From Candidatus Uhrbacteria bacterium (GTDB lineage Bacteria; Patescibacteriota; Patescibacteriia; UBA9934; GWF2-40-263): a stretch of DNA of 64,000 nt. Location of the stretch: the NCBI GenBank assembly GCA_013204385.1, contig JABMNY010000031.1, positions 1,168-65,167 of the forward strand, in the 5' to 3' direction. The position numbers and the translations under genes were made by a program. Below are positions 8,342 to 17,801 of the stretch, piece by piece. Positions within the stretch are counted from its first letter, which is position 1. Each line of letters starts with the position of its first letter. The notes under the pieces are model-generated. The model was not told the DNA's origin, did not search any database, and saw nothing but the letters and a program-made list of their open reading frames with translations.

Positions 8342-8373
8342 CAAAAAGAGCGCCGATCTGGCGTTCTTTTTGT
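8341..8373 (+). terminator. rplT terminator
   Basis: AAAAAGAGCGCC-gatct-GGCGTTCTTTTT. Confidence 0.75.
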
Positions 8374-8461
8374 TTGTATTGACATTTCTTTAAAATTGGT
8401 TATAGTTCTCCGTCGGAACACGTTCCGTCATCCGTAAACGAGAACAAGATTAGGAAGAGTC

Positions 8462-9217
8462 ATGACCTGCATGCATCATCCATATCCATATATTGTAGAG
8501 GATTTGGAAGCGCCAGATCCAGGAATGGCGCGTGGCGTATGGCCAATCATGCAGTCCTCAAAGACTGCAGGCGAACGTCCGGCAAGACCTTGGACCACAA
8601 CAACCACTCCTCTTCATGAGGGGCTTGGGGATATTCCTGAGCCCAAGCAAATTTCAGAAGACAACCCGCAACACGGAACACCGATGCCAACCAATGAACA
8701 AGACCCTCCTACTCCTCCCCAGCCTCCGGCAAACGAGGTGCTCGTGTCTGACGACGACTCCGAGGAGTCCAGCCTTCCAGAGAGATCTGGAAGGAGACTG
8801 CTGGTCATCGCACTCGGTGTGCTCAGCCCGATCCTCTTGATCGTCGGTTCCGTCTTCTTCCTTACACGGGACAGTCAACCTGCTGTGATGCCGTCGACGA
8901 CAGAATCTGCACCCGAGGGGATCGCACAGCCGGTGGAAGAATCACCACCTGTCGTCGAAGCTGATGCGGAGGCAGAAGAAGTCGCTGAAGCCTCAACGCC
9001 ATCGCCCGCACCCGAGACTCCTCCCTCTCCCCCCGTCGCGGAGGCCGCCCCCGCGACTTCGGACCCCACAAACTGCACGTTCGTGAACGGGTCCTGGCCC
9101 ATGGTGGGCGACAAGTACATCGTCAAGTGCGATGGCGATGAGCTCTTCACTGCCACGAAGGGAGAGTACCTGATGAGAGGGCGCTACGCCTTCTCGGACT
9201 TCACCTCCTACCCCTGA
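8462..9217 (+). CDS. Pro/Glu-rich single-TM hypothetical protein (start uncertain)
   Basis: Low-complexity arms around a central TM; own promoter at ~8379 and a terminator. Confidence 0.6.
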   Translation: MTCMHHPYPYIVEDLEAPDPGMARGVWPIMQSSKTAGERPARPWTTTTTPLHEGLGDIPEPKQISEDNPQHGTPMPTNEQDPPTPPQPPANEVLVSDDDSEESSLPERSGRRLLVIALGVLSPILLIVGSVFFLTRDSQPAVMPSTTESAPEGIAQPVEESPPVVEADAEAEEVAEASTPSPAPETPPSPPVAEAAPATSDPTNCTFVNGSWPMVGDKYIVKCDGDELFTATKGEYLMRGRYAFSDFTSYP

Positions 9218-9261
9218 CCTCCTCGAGGTCCTTGCTCTCGCTGGCATTGCTAGCGAGATTT

Positions 9262-9612
9262 TTAATTTGTTTTTTTGAAGTTCACTTTAAACACGGGATA
9301 CCAAGTTTGATCGTATTCGTCCTTAATCTCAACGGTCTCATTTTTGACATACATGTTCAATGCCATGTCTGCGAGAAGCTCCTGATCCGTTGCGATCTCA
9401 ATCTTGATTTCATCGAGATCCGACGCATCAGAATTACCTGCCCGCACGTTTTGCTCAATCCCCTTTTTCTCTTCACGCAAAGTCTGCATCTCCTCCACAA
9501 TCTCTTGATACCGGGAACTGTGCGTAAGTTCATCTTTAAGCATTTTGTTAATCTCTTTTCGGCGTTTTTTGTTCGCCTCTAACCTATGATAAATTTCTTC
9601 AAGTTTTGGCAT
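9262..9612 (-). CDS. coiled-coil hypothetical protein
   Basis: 116-aa charged helical ORF. Confidence 0.7.
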   Translation of the reverse strand: MPKLEEIYHRLEANKKRRKEINKMLKDELTHSSRYQEIVEEMQTLREEKKGIEQNVRAGNSDASDLDEIKIEIATDQELLADMALNMYVKNETVEIKDEYDQTWYPVFKVNFKKTN

Positions 9613-9911
9613 ACCCGGTAAGTCTACTTTGATTACGAACGTCTGAAACGCACTAAGCGTTTGGCTAAAAACCGACGTCCAGCTGTTGATTTAAAATACT
9701 TCTCCCGTGCTCGTGCATCTCCTTCATCAAGACACGCTTCATAATACTCCAGATTAAATAGTCTTCGATATTTTGTAGAGATCACTCGACCATCTTGATG
9801 TTCCTGAAACCTTTTTTTTAAATCCCCAGTAAAACCGACATAGCGTAACCCATCCTTCTGACTTTTTAGGACGTACATATACCAAAAGGTCAAAGTAGTC
9901 TTACCGGGCAT
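9611..9911. mobile_element. GIY-YIG gene bounded by 22-bp imperfect inverted repeats
   Basis: ATACCCGGTAAGTCTACTTTGA (9611-9632) versus the reverse complement of 9890-9911, ATGCCCGGTAAGACTACTTTGA: 20/22 identical. Confidence 0.6.
9633..9911 (-). CDS. small GIY-YIG nuclease
   Basis: 'YMYVLKS..DG.RYVGFTGDLKKRFQEH..G..ST..R...LEYYEA...ARAREKYFKS'. Confidence 0.9.
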   Translation of the reverse strand: MPGKTTLTFWYMYVLKSQKDGLRYVGFTGDLKKRFQEHQDGRVISTKYRRLFNLEYYEACLDEGDARAREKYFKSTAGRRFLAKRLVRFRRS

Positions 9912-10044
9912 AGAACAATATGATATCACAGCGAGCAGGATGGACCTGTTGACAAAATCGGGTTTTTTGCATACGATGGCGCGTCCGTCTCACAAACCAA
10001 CGGATTCTGGTCCTCTTGATCAGGAACACCCAAAGGAGTGCCTC

Positions 10045-10683
10045 ATGGCCCGTAATCTCAGTCACAGTGGGAACCGAGTAGGTTCCAAAATCGAAGTGAA
10101 GCTCACGCTCAACGGAGCCGACCTCGTCCCTGGCGAGAAGTGGAATGTGACCATCACTGGCCTCGCACTCAACGGTGGAGAGCAAGAAGTCCCTGCCGGA
10201 GCCACTGGTTCGCACGAGATGACTTGGACAAGCAGTGCACCGCTGACTGCCGGAGCCACCTCGATCCAGGTGAAGTTGTGGAAGGTGGGTCCGCCGGACA
10301 CCAACCTGGGAACCACCCAGATCGACATCCTTCCTGTGGCGAGCCCCCCAGCTCTCCCGTCGACCACCCCACCACCGGCGACGACTGCTCCCCCCGCAGG
10401 CTCCTCTGTGCCCCTGCAGGTGCAGGTGGTCGGTTCGCCCTCCAAGTTCCTCTCCTGGGCACCGATCCTCACTCTCATCGCCTCCATCATGGGAGTCTTT
10501 CTCTGTCTGGGATTCGTCTGCTACCTGCTCTGGCTGTTCGCCGGACAGGTCGCTGGGACTTCCGCAGGCGTGAGCGTCGACAAGAAGGACTCAGTCCACA
10601 TCTCGGTCGAGATGGACGTGAACAGCAACGACCCCGCAGTCCATGCTGAGGCTGTAAAAGCCGTAGGATCCATCACTCACTGA
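10045..10683 (+). CDS. hypothetical membrane protein (beta-rich domain, Pro linker, TM)
   Basis: AGGAG SD before ATG 10045; promoter TTGACA-17-TACGAT at 9949. Confidence 0.6.
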   Translation: MARNLSHSGNRVGSKIEVKLTLNGADLVPGEKWNVTITGLALNGGEQEVPAGATGSHEMTWTSSAPLTAGATSIQVKLWKVGPPDTNLGTTQIDILPVASPPALPSTTPPPATTAPPAGSSVPLQVQVVGSPSKFLSWAPILTLIASIMGVFLCLGFVCYLLWLFAGQVAGTSAGVSVDKKDSVHISVEMDVNSNDPAVHAEAVKAVGSITH

Positions 10684-10696
10684 ATTCACCCACGAC

Positions 10697-10730
10697 TGAC
10701 GCAAGTGATCCGATCGGATCACTTGCGTCA
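10697..10730. repeat. perfect 34-bp palindrome
   Basis: TGACGCAAGTGATCCGA|TCGGATCACTTGCGTCA. Confidence 0.9.
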
Positions 10731-10805
10731 CGCTTCTGCCTCACCTCGCAGAAGCGTTTTCATTTACAGCATCTTCGGACTCCTATAAGCTACAAACTAC
10801 TTTCT

Positions 10806-11558
10806 ATGAATACCCCTGAACGCATCAACAAATACCTTTCTACCCATGGATACTGCTCCAGGCGCGAAGCAGATCGTTTGATTGAGCTTGGAAGAGTGTT
10901 TATTAATGGTGAGGAGGCACGTCTTGGAGATCAGGTTCAGCCTGATGATACCGTTCGCGTTGAGGGACGAGATAGAAAAGAGCGAAAAGAAAAAGTCTAT
11001 ATCCTCGTCAATAAGCCAAACGGCATCATCACCTCCCCTGACATCAATAAACGAAACAACATTACCTCCTTTGTCGATTACCCAGAACGGATTTATCCTG
11101 TAGGACATCTGGACCTCGAAGACTCAGGACTCGTCCTCCTGACAAACGACGAGATCTTGGCAAAGCGTCTCATTCATGAAGAGCATGCCCCCGACGAGGA
11201 ATATGTGGTCGAGCTGGATCAACCCCTTTCAAAACTAGATCTCGTCGCCATGCAAAACGGAATCGAACTTGAGCATGGCAAAACCCCAAAAACAAAAGTT
11301 CGTCTCATGAATCCAGACAGGTTTGCGATCATCATTCCAAACAACCGAGAGAATCACATTCGCGAAATGTGCGACTTCCTTGGATACGATGTTCCTTACC
11401 TTATTCGTACACGCATTGGAACGCTCAAAATCCCAACAAGCTATCCAGAAGGAAATATTCGCCACCTCACAGAAAAAGAAGTGCGAGACCTGAAAAAACT
11501 CGTCGGCCTCAAAGTCCGCCCCGCCCGACCAGAAAAAGCAAAGAAACAAAAAAGATAA
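10806..11558 (+). CDS. RsuA/RluB/RluF-family pseudouridine synthase with S4 domain
   Basis: 'RINKYLS..GYCSRREAD','NKPNG','YPVGHLD..SGLVLLTND'. Confidence 0.9.
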   Translation: MNTPERINKYLSTHGYCSRREADRLIELGRVFINGEEARLGDQVQPDDTVRVEGRDRKERKEKVYILVNKPNGIITSPDINKRNNITSFVDYPERIYPVGHLDLEDSGLVLLTNDEILAKRLIHEEHAPDEEYVVELDQPLSKLDLVAMQNGIELEHGKTPKTKVRLMNPDRFAIIIPNNRENHIREMCDFLGYDVPYLIRTRIGTLKIPTSYPEGNIRHLTEKEVRDLKKLVGLKVRPARPEKAKKQKR

Positions 11559-11669
11559 TCCGAATGGATTATCTTTTTTTATGCATCACATTGATTGACA
11601 GGGAGGTCGTTGCGTGATATCTTCCTGCGTTCACCTTCTCGCAACCCAAAAACACCCCAGGAGCACTCA

Positions 11670-12086
11670 GTGGCGAAAAATTGGATTGATGCCATCTCGC
11701 ATTTCAACGACCAGACACTCGAAAAGGATGAGTGGACCCATGAAGCACATCTCGTCGTTGGGCTCTGGCATTTGCTGACGTATGAAGACGTCTACAAAGC
11801 GTTGTGCTTCCTGAAACCGAAAATCATCCTCCGTAACCACCGAGTCGGCGTAGAAAATACCGCTTCGCGCGGATATCACGAAACCATCACCCTCTTCTGG
11901 CTACAGGAGATCGATACGTTTGTCCGTTCACAGGCGGGCTCGAAGGACATCTTCACACTCATCGATGCACTCCTCCAGGAAAGAATCTTCCGGAGAAAAG
12001 ACTACATCTTTCAGTTCTACTCCAAAGATGAACTAATGAGTCCTCGTGCTCGAGCCATGTTCATCCCCCGCCCTCCCCAACTCTAG
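11670..12086 (+). CDS. hypothetical protein with His motifs (WTHEAHL / YHETIT)
   Basis: AGGAG SD before GTG 11670. Confidence 0.65.
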   Translation: MAKNWIDAISHFNDQTLEKDEWTHEAHLVVGLWHLLTYEDVYKALCFLKPKIILRNHRVGVENTASRGYHETITLFWLQEIDTFVRSQAGSKDIFTLIDALLQERIFRRKDYIFQFYSKDELMSPRARAMFIPRPPQL

Positions 12087-12141
12087 TCCTCCATCTCGCA
12101 CCCAACGCACGGGTGCTTTTATGTTTCAGGAACATGATTTT

Positions 12142-12606
12142 TTATTCTTCACTCTCAAGAACATCATGCCTTGGAACAAAATGATAGTTCCCGAATAAAA
12201 TCTCTTTGATGTCTTGCTCATGCGTTTTGTAATAGACAAACGAATGAGGTGAGACATTCAGCTTAAGGAGTTCTTCAAGCGTGAACCATCCAATCCTTTG
12301 CCCCTCATTTCCAAGACGAATTTGCGGAAATTCTTCTTCTGTTACGGGGACATAATATCGATGCACCAGACTCCCATCCGTGTACGTCGTTGTTCCAAGA
12401 TTGATCACGGAAGAAGGCGTCATACAAATTTCTTCTTGCAGTTCTCGCACTAACGCCTCTTCAGGCGATTCCCCTTCTTCAATTCCCCCACCAGGCGTAT
12501 TCCACGTATTTGGATACGCAATGGCTGGATTATCATCTCGAAGCACAAGCAGTATTTTATCTTGATACACAACAATCGCTTTTGCTCCTGGTTTTCTTAG
12601 GGTCAT
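12142..12606 (-). CDS. NUDIX hydrolase
   Basis: Nudix box GGIEEGESPEEALVRELQEE. Confidence 0.92.
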   Translation of the reverse strand: MTLRKPGAKAIVVYQDKILLVLRDDNPAIAYPNTWNTPGGGIEEGESPEEALVRELQEEICMTPSSVINLGTTTYTDGSLVHRYYVPVTEEEFPQIRLGNEGQRIGWFTLEELLKLNVSPHSFVYYKTHEQDIKEILFGNYHFVPRHDVLESEE

Positions 12607-12607
12607 A

Positions 12608-13201
12608 TTATTTCTGTAAGTCGCTTAGATTTTTCAATTCCTTATATCGAAAACAATCGACTGTATGGTCATTCACCATTCCGCAGGCTTGCATGTGCGC
12701 GTAGACGGTTGTGGGGCCGAGGAACTTGAACCCACGTTTTTTCAAATCTTTTGCGAACGCTGTTGACTCAGGAGTAATCGCAGGAATCTGACTCATGGAT
12801 TTCCATGCGTTCACTTTTGGTTTTCCGCCAACGAACTCCCATTGATACTGCGCGAATGAACCAAACTCTTTTTGGATTGCGAGAAATTGTTTTGCATTAT
12901 TGATCGCCGAATGAATTTTTGCACGATTTCGAATGATCCCTGCGTTCCCCAACAGCACCTCAACCTGTTTCTCTGTAAACCGTGAAACTTTTACGGCATC
13001 AAACTGTTTAAACGCTTTGCGATAATTTTCACGTTTTTTCAAAATCGTAAGCCAACTAAGCCCCGCCTGTGCACTTTCAAGAGTGAGGAACTCGAACAAC
13101 TTCCTATCATCATATAGCGGAACCCCCCATTCGGCGTCATGATACGCACTATATAATGGATCTGATTCAGACCATGTACAACGATGTTTCTGTTGAATCA
13201 T
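12608..13201 (-). CDS. tag: 3-methyladenine DNA glycosylase I
   Basis: 'YHDAEWG','QAGLSWLTIL','IIRNRAKI','GFKFLGPT','NDH..C'. Confidence 0.95.
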   Translation of the reverse strand: MIQQKHRCTWSESDPLYSAYHDAEWGVPLYDDRKLFEFLTLESAQAGLSWLTILKKRENYRKAFKQFDAVKVSRFTEKQVEVLLGNAGIIRNRAKIHSAINNAKQFLAIQKEFGSFAQYQWEFVGGKPKVNAWKSMSQIPAITPESTAFAKDLKKRGFKFLGPTTVYAHMQACGMVNDHTVDCFRYKELKNLSDLQK

Positions 13202-13314
13202 ATCGTTTATGCTAACACATAATGGTCACGCTCAAATAAGAGAACATTGACAACTCTCAACAAAATGAATAATCTCTTGGATCGACAACGTTCAACTGTC
13301 GATTGGAGGAATCG

Positions 13315-13767
13315 TTGAAACTTCTTCTCATCATCTGTCTTGTTCTATTGGCAAGCGCTCTCATGAACATCCTGATGGAAAAACGCGCACGTGCGCAACA
13401 GCTCCACAAAGCTCCCACACTCCGACAATTGGCCTATTCGGCGGCACAACACGACTTCAAGAATGTCTCGATAGACGAACGCTGGCAAGATCAACCAGCC
13501 ACCTCGTTCCCAGAAGCTCCAACTGCCATGATGCAGTCCCCCTCCCTTCGGTGCTATATCTGGAAGTCGGACGACATGAAGGCGTTGACTCTGATCGCCT
13601 GGTGGACACAAAAACCACTCCCTTGGACGATCACGTTCACGGATGGACACCTGCTACTCGCTTCAGTAGGCAACGCACAAGGCCCGCGCTTCTCAAGAAG
13701 ACAACTCACAAAGGACGAGACCCGCTTCCTCGACCAACTCAGACAGAACATCTTGCGCAGGATGTAA
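13315..13767 (+). CDS. exported or membrane-anchored hypothetical protein
   Basis: GGAGGA SD before TTG 13315; promoter 13247-13275; N-terminal hydrophobic segment. Confidence 0.6.
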   Translation: MKLLLIICLVLLASALMNILMEKRARAQQLHKAPTLRQLAYSAAQHDFKNVSIDERWQDQPATSFPEAPTAMMQSPSLRCYIWKSDDMKALTLIAWWTQKPLPWTITFTDGHLLLASVGNAQGPRFSRRQLTKDETRFLDQLRQNILRRM

Positions 13768-14028
13768 GCCCACTTGCCGTATCCAATTGAAGCTACCCTT
13801 GGTCGCTTCAACTCACAGGATACGGTTTTTATTTTTTGATAGTTACTAAGGAAGAGATGTCTGAATGAAATCGAACCTCCGTAAAATGTGAAGGTTTTGT
13901 GGCGAGCGTCATAAAATAGGTAAGGACATACTGTTTAGTAACTATGAGTCAGATGGATTGACTTTTCAACATAAAATGAGTAACCTTTCATGTCGACAGC
14001 CTCAGCCCTTTGTCGATTGGAGGAACTC

Positions 14029-14682
14029 GTGAAGATTGCCCGCATCACACTCATCCTTTTTGGTCTTATATTGGTTGTATTTGCCTTCTGGTCTGTGAAG
14101 ACTCCTGATGAGGAGACACTCAAGACTGTACCGAACGTTCAGCAGACTCCTTCCTGGACAGAGCTTCACAGGACCCCAACAGAGCCGCTCGCAAGCAGTA
14201 GCATCAACGGCGCCGTCTGGATGCCTAAAAGCTGCACTCACCCAGTCATGGAGATCATGATCAAGGACGGTACCGCTCGCATGGGGTCCAACTGTTAGGA
14301 CGGTCAGGATATCCCTGAACAGTTCCGAAACGTCAAAAACGTGGACACCTCTGTCGCAAGCATGGAGGACCGTGGACCATCGTTCGCCATGGTGATCGGC
14401 GAGCCTGATGTCGACAATGATGCCGTTGGAATGCCTCCGGAAAACAAGCAGAGTGTCATGGTGGAGGTGCCAATTGTGAACACCTGCACCCTCGCCGCGG
14501 TTGACGTCGATCTCAGCAACGTCAGCAAAACTACGGTCCGCTACGGCTGTCTCGACATGGGGAGCGCTCCTCACACGACAATCGATGTCAGTCTAAACAT
14601 CGTCACCGGACCGACTCTGAACAAGGATCGCAGTCCTATTGTGGCGATCACCTTCCGTCATCCTGATAAGATAAAGAACTGA
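14029..14682 (+). pseudogene. membrane-anchored hypothetical protein interrupted by an in-frame TAG (14296-14298)
   Basis: ORFs 13990-14298 and 14341-14682 share a frame; SD before GTG 14029. Confidence 0.6.
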
Positions 14683-15127
14683 CTTCTCAGCACCACGCCG
14701 CACCCACAGTTGATCGCCCTGTGCGCTTCAACACTCTCTGGTGCGGTTTTCTTTTTATTCAAAAAGTCAAAGTCGCTCATTTCCCCTTTTTTTGTTCGAA
14801 CAAAAAATCCTTACGTTTTGTAGGGATTTTTTGGCGGGATGTCGCGAAACAAGTCGGAACGTATTACATACTTGAAAAACAAAGCGAACCGATAAGTGTC
14901 GGATGATGTTGAGTCGTTCTCTTAGTGGGTCTTTTGAGAGAAATATGGCAAGTCTGTAAAACCCTAGGTGGGGGAGAAAAATGTGGGTGACTTATAATGC
15001 GTTATGAGTCTGACAAAATAAAAACGCCCACCAGAGATGAGCGGCCTGTACGGCGACTCTTGGTGGGCGGCAAGAGAGTTGATTTGGTAGACGAAGGTAA
15101 CTCTATCCGTACCCCAAAGATCTCGAT

Positions 15128-15895
15128 CTACCCACCAGTTCGAACAGAACCACGCGCAATCTCGATCATCGATGGACGAAGTGTCTCGAAAGTTCGACGA
15201 AGGTCACCTGCGTAGACATACCCGCAATAATCACCTCGTTTACCGCCGTTTGTTCCACGGACGTTCATACCGATCAGCCGAAGCTCGTCATCCCAGATTG
15301 GGCTACCTGAGAATCCTGGACGGGTATGCATGTGCATGTAGCCATGCTCGAGATACCCACGATCAAGGAGACCGGGGAGTTCGACCGTGTCAGTCTCTGG
15401 CAACATGTGTGCCATGTGAACATCGCTCAAACTGATCCAGGCACGATGAGTTGGATTCCTCGGTGGACCGATCGTCTGCTTCGCAACGAAGAGTTGTGTG
15501 TCTTCTTGATCTCCAATCGCGTTCCGACAGTTGTAGAGAATACCCCCGCCTTCTGCATGCCACTTGTCGAATGCTCGCGTATCAAAGGCCCGCAGTTTCT
15601 TCGCCTTGGTGACGCGGCGCGCGATGATGAACGCGATGTCGCGATCGTCCGGCGCATACAACGGAAGTGGATGCAGAGGAATGTACTGCTCTTCACGATT
15701 GAAGCCACCAAGAAGGATAAATTCCGAAAGATCGTTAACCTCAAGAAAGTGATGTCGACAGGTACAGATTACGACTTGTCCCAAAGGAAGAACCTCGTAA
15801 ACGAATCCCATAGCTCGAGAGAGAGCTCTGTCCTGACGCTGTCGTGTAATGGTCACCAATATGCTGTTACTGCGCAACCATTCGTTCATGTCCAC
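15128..15895 (-). CDS. trypsin-like serine peptidase domain protein
   Basis: 'TCRHH' and 'PGFSGSPIWD...LIGM' motifs. Confidence 0.7.
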   Translation of the reverse strand: MDMNEWLRSNSILVTITRQRQDRALSRAMGFVYEVLPLGQVVICTCRHHFLEVNDLSEFILLGGFNREEQYIPLHPLPLYAPDDRDIAFIIARRVTKAKKLRAFDTRAFDKWHAEGGGILYNCRNAIGDQEDTQLFVAKQTIGPPRNPTHRAWISLSDVHMAHMLPETDTVELPGLLDRGYLEHGYMHMHTRPGFSGSPIWDDELRLIGMNVRGTNGGKRGDYCGYVYAGDLRRTFETLRPSMIEIARGSVRTGG

Positions 15896-16100
15896 AGTTG
15901 AATCAACCGAAGACCTATTCTTCTTTTTACCTAAGGAACACTCTCCTAGATAGGATTGTTGAGGACTTTTATCGCAATCAAGCGATGCTAAAGATTATAC
16001 TAAATAGTAAAAAAGTCAAGAGTTAGCTCATCTAATCGACTCATTTCTAAATCACCAACTTACAATCTATTACTGGATAGTGGATATCAACTTTCTTATC

Positions 16101-16372
16101 TCACAAATACTTATACCCACAACTCTTCAATGTCTCAGACAATTGAACCTTCATCTAGGCACGCCCCTTCCCTCCCTTTAGATATTTCTCACGACTCTTT
16201 GCCTCTTGTTCTGAAAGATACGCCTCGAAGTACATAAGTCTGAAAGGCAATCTATTTTTTGTCGCTGGAACGCTTCCAGTTTCATGTTGTGAAAATCTTT
16301 TATTACATCCTGAGAGTATCCAATATAAAGTTTTCTATCAAAAAGACTAAATAAAACGTATACGTAATACAT
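16101..16372 (-). pseudogene. GIY-YIG nuclease pseudogene (frameshift plus premature TAG)
   Basis: 'MYYVYVLFS..LYIGYS'; adding one A in the A-run near 16300 restores 'KRFSQHETG..TKNR.P..LMYFEAY..EAKSREKYLK', followed by a TAG. Confidence 0.85.
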
Positions 16373-16446
16373 AGATAATTAGCATAACAAAACAAGTCGC
16401 TTTCGCGACTTGTTTTGGCTACCGATATGAGCTCGGAACGAATGCT

Positions 16447-16591
16447 GTCGAGCTCAGCTCGACGACCTTCGCTTCTGTACTTGAGCGCGGATGATGTCGA
16501 GCATAGCGCGATCACCTTCGCTTCCATACTTCGGTTGAATCTCGGCAAAGCTGAGCTTTGCCTTCTGCACATTCAACCGAGCTCAGCTCGG
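16447..16591. repeat. REP-like palindrome cluster between tRNA-Asp and the GIY-YIG pseudogene
   Basis: GTCGAGCTCAGCTCGAC, GGCAAAGCTGAGCTTTGCC, CCGAGCTCAGCTCGG; ACCTTCGCTTC twice. Confidence 0.75.
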
Positions 16592-16669
16592 TGGCGGACC
16601 GGAAGGGATTCGAACCCTCGATCTTCTCCGTGACAGGGAGACGTGTTAACCGGGCTACACCACCGGTCC
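16592..16669 (-). tRNA. tRNA-Asp(GTC)
   Basis: Cloverleaf GGACCGG..CTGTCAC..GGTTCGAATCCC..CCGGTCCGCCA. Confidence 0.96.
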
Positions 16670-17164
16670 AGGTGGGAAATCATCCAAAATTGAATGCGTT
16701 CTTGTGCAGCGGGAAAACAATATCATATCGTTTAGATCCTCGCAAGACTTAAGATTATCATGCTAAAACCATTGACTTATTAATCAATCTCCTCTACGCT
16801 CATGAAGCTGTCCGGCTGTAATGGCTTTTGAGTGGTGGTATGTGGACGAGGAGTTACAGAAATTACCAGACTTTCTACCCTCCGGCTCCTTAATCGCCCA
16901 CAATGCTCTAACCAAGGGGTTTCTCATGCGCCCCCCGTTGTTCCCCAAGTATCTGGTACTTCCTCCAAGAAGTCGCTCGGGGAACATTCGCCATGACCAG
17001 GTAAAGCGAGCGCCTGTCGCGAATAGGTAATGAGGAATTGCCCTCATGCTCAGAATGGTGAACAACGTCATGTACTTCACCTCGGACTTCCCTTTCTCCC
17101 CGCATTGTCCTCCACGTGGACAGGCGGTTTTTTTATTAAAAAACTGGCTGAATAGTTCAACCAG

Positions 17165-17746
17165 TTAGAAACGTGCAATGTAGAGCACAGCATCTCCGCG
17201 CTCAAAATTGCAGATTGAGTCCCACCAAGTCTGCACCTGTCCATCTCGATTGATTGGCTGTTCACCGTAAAGGGGTCCGCCATAGAATCCCTTTTGAATC
17301 ACGTTCGTCATGCCAAGCGACACAGCGAGTTGTGCGCGAATCGACTCCGCTTGAGCGCTCTCATGACAACCCTCTGGGTTTGGAAGTACCTCGGACGCAA
17401 TCGCCCGGACCGATGACCACACGATTGGTGACTGCGTGCGCCCCGCAAACCAACTCAGGTCAGAGCGCGCGTTGAAGATCTCCTTTGTTGCCTGCGCTTT
17501 AATCCCATGCCCCTGATACGCAGGAAGCACGAGGGTTCCAGCAATGTAGAGCACGCCAGGAATCGGCAGTTTGCACAGCATGCATGCAACGAGCAGATCG
17601 TCGTCGTACACACTCAGACAGAAGTCTGTATCCTCCAAGTGGTTTTCCACATCAATCCTCAACTCAGGAGTGACCCGCTGACAAAATCCTTCTGAAGCCA
17701 GAAGGACCAATTCATCGAGAGTGGGATTCTTTTTCACATATCGCAT
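17165..17746 (-). CDS. GNAT-like acetyltransferase
   Basis: Motif A 'VLPAYQGHGI'; GGGAGA SD. Confidence 0.65.
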   Translation of the reverse strand: MRYVKKNPTLDELVLLASEGFCQRVTPELRIDVENHLEDTDFCLSVYDDDLLVACMLCKLPIPGVLYIAGTLVLPAYQGHGIKAQATKEIFNARSDLSWFAGRTQSPIVWSSVRAIASEVLPNPEGCHESAQAESIRAQLAVSLGMTNVIQKGFYGGPLYGEQPINRDGQVQTWWDSICNFERGDAVLYIARF

Positions 17747-17801
17747 AGATTCTCCCTGTCTAGACGTTATTGTCTAGGGAAGAGCGTGAAAGCCACCACC
17801 C

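Noticed and set aside
14296-14298. Stop-codon recoding (genetic code 25 or amber)
   Set aside because: Core genes end normally at TAG (smpB, der, rel) and TGA (pth, dprA), and long genes contain no internal stops.
13776-14750. Integron attC sites
   Set aside because: No clear RYYYAAC/GTTRRRY boxes, no intI in the window, and the genes have their own promoters.
14885-14914. dif-like site CGAACCGATAA-8bp-TGATGTTGAGT
   Set aside because: Spacer is 8 bp rather than 6, the XerD arm is imperfect, and no clear skew switch is visible by eye.
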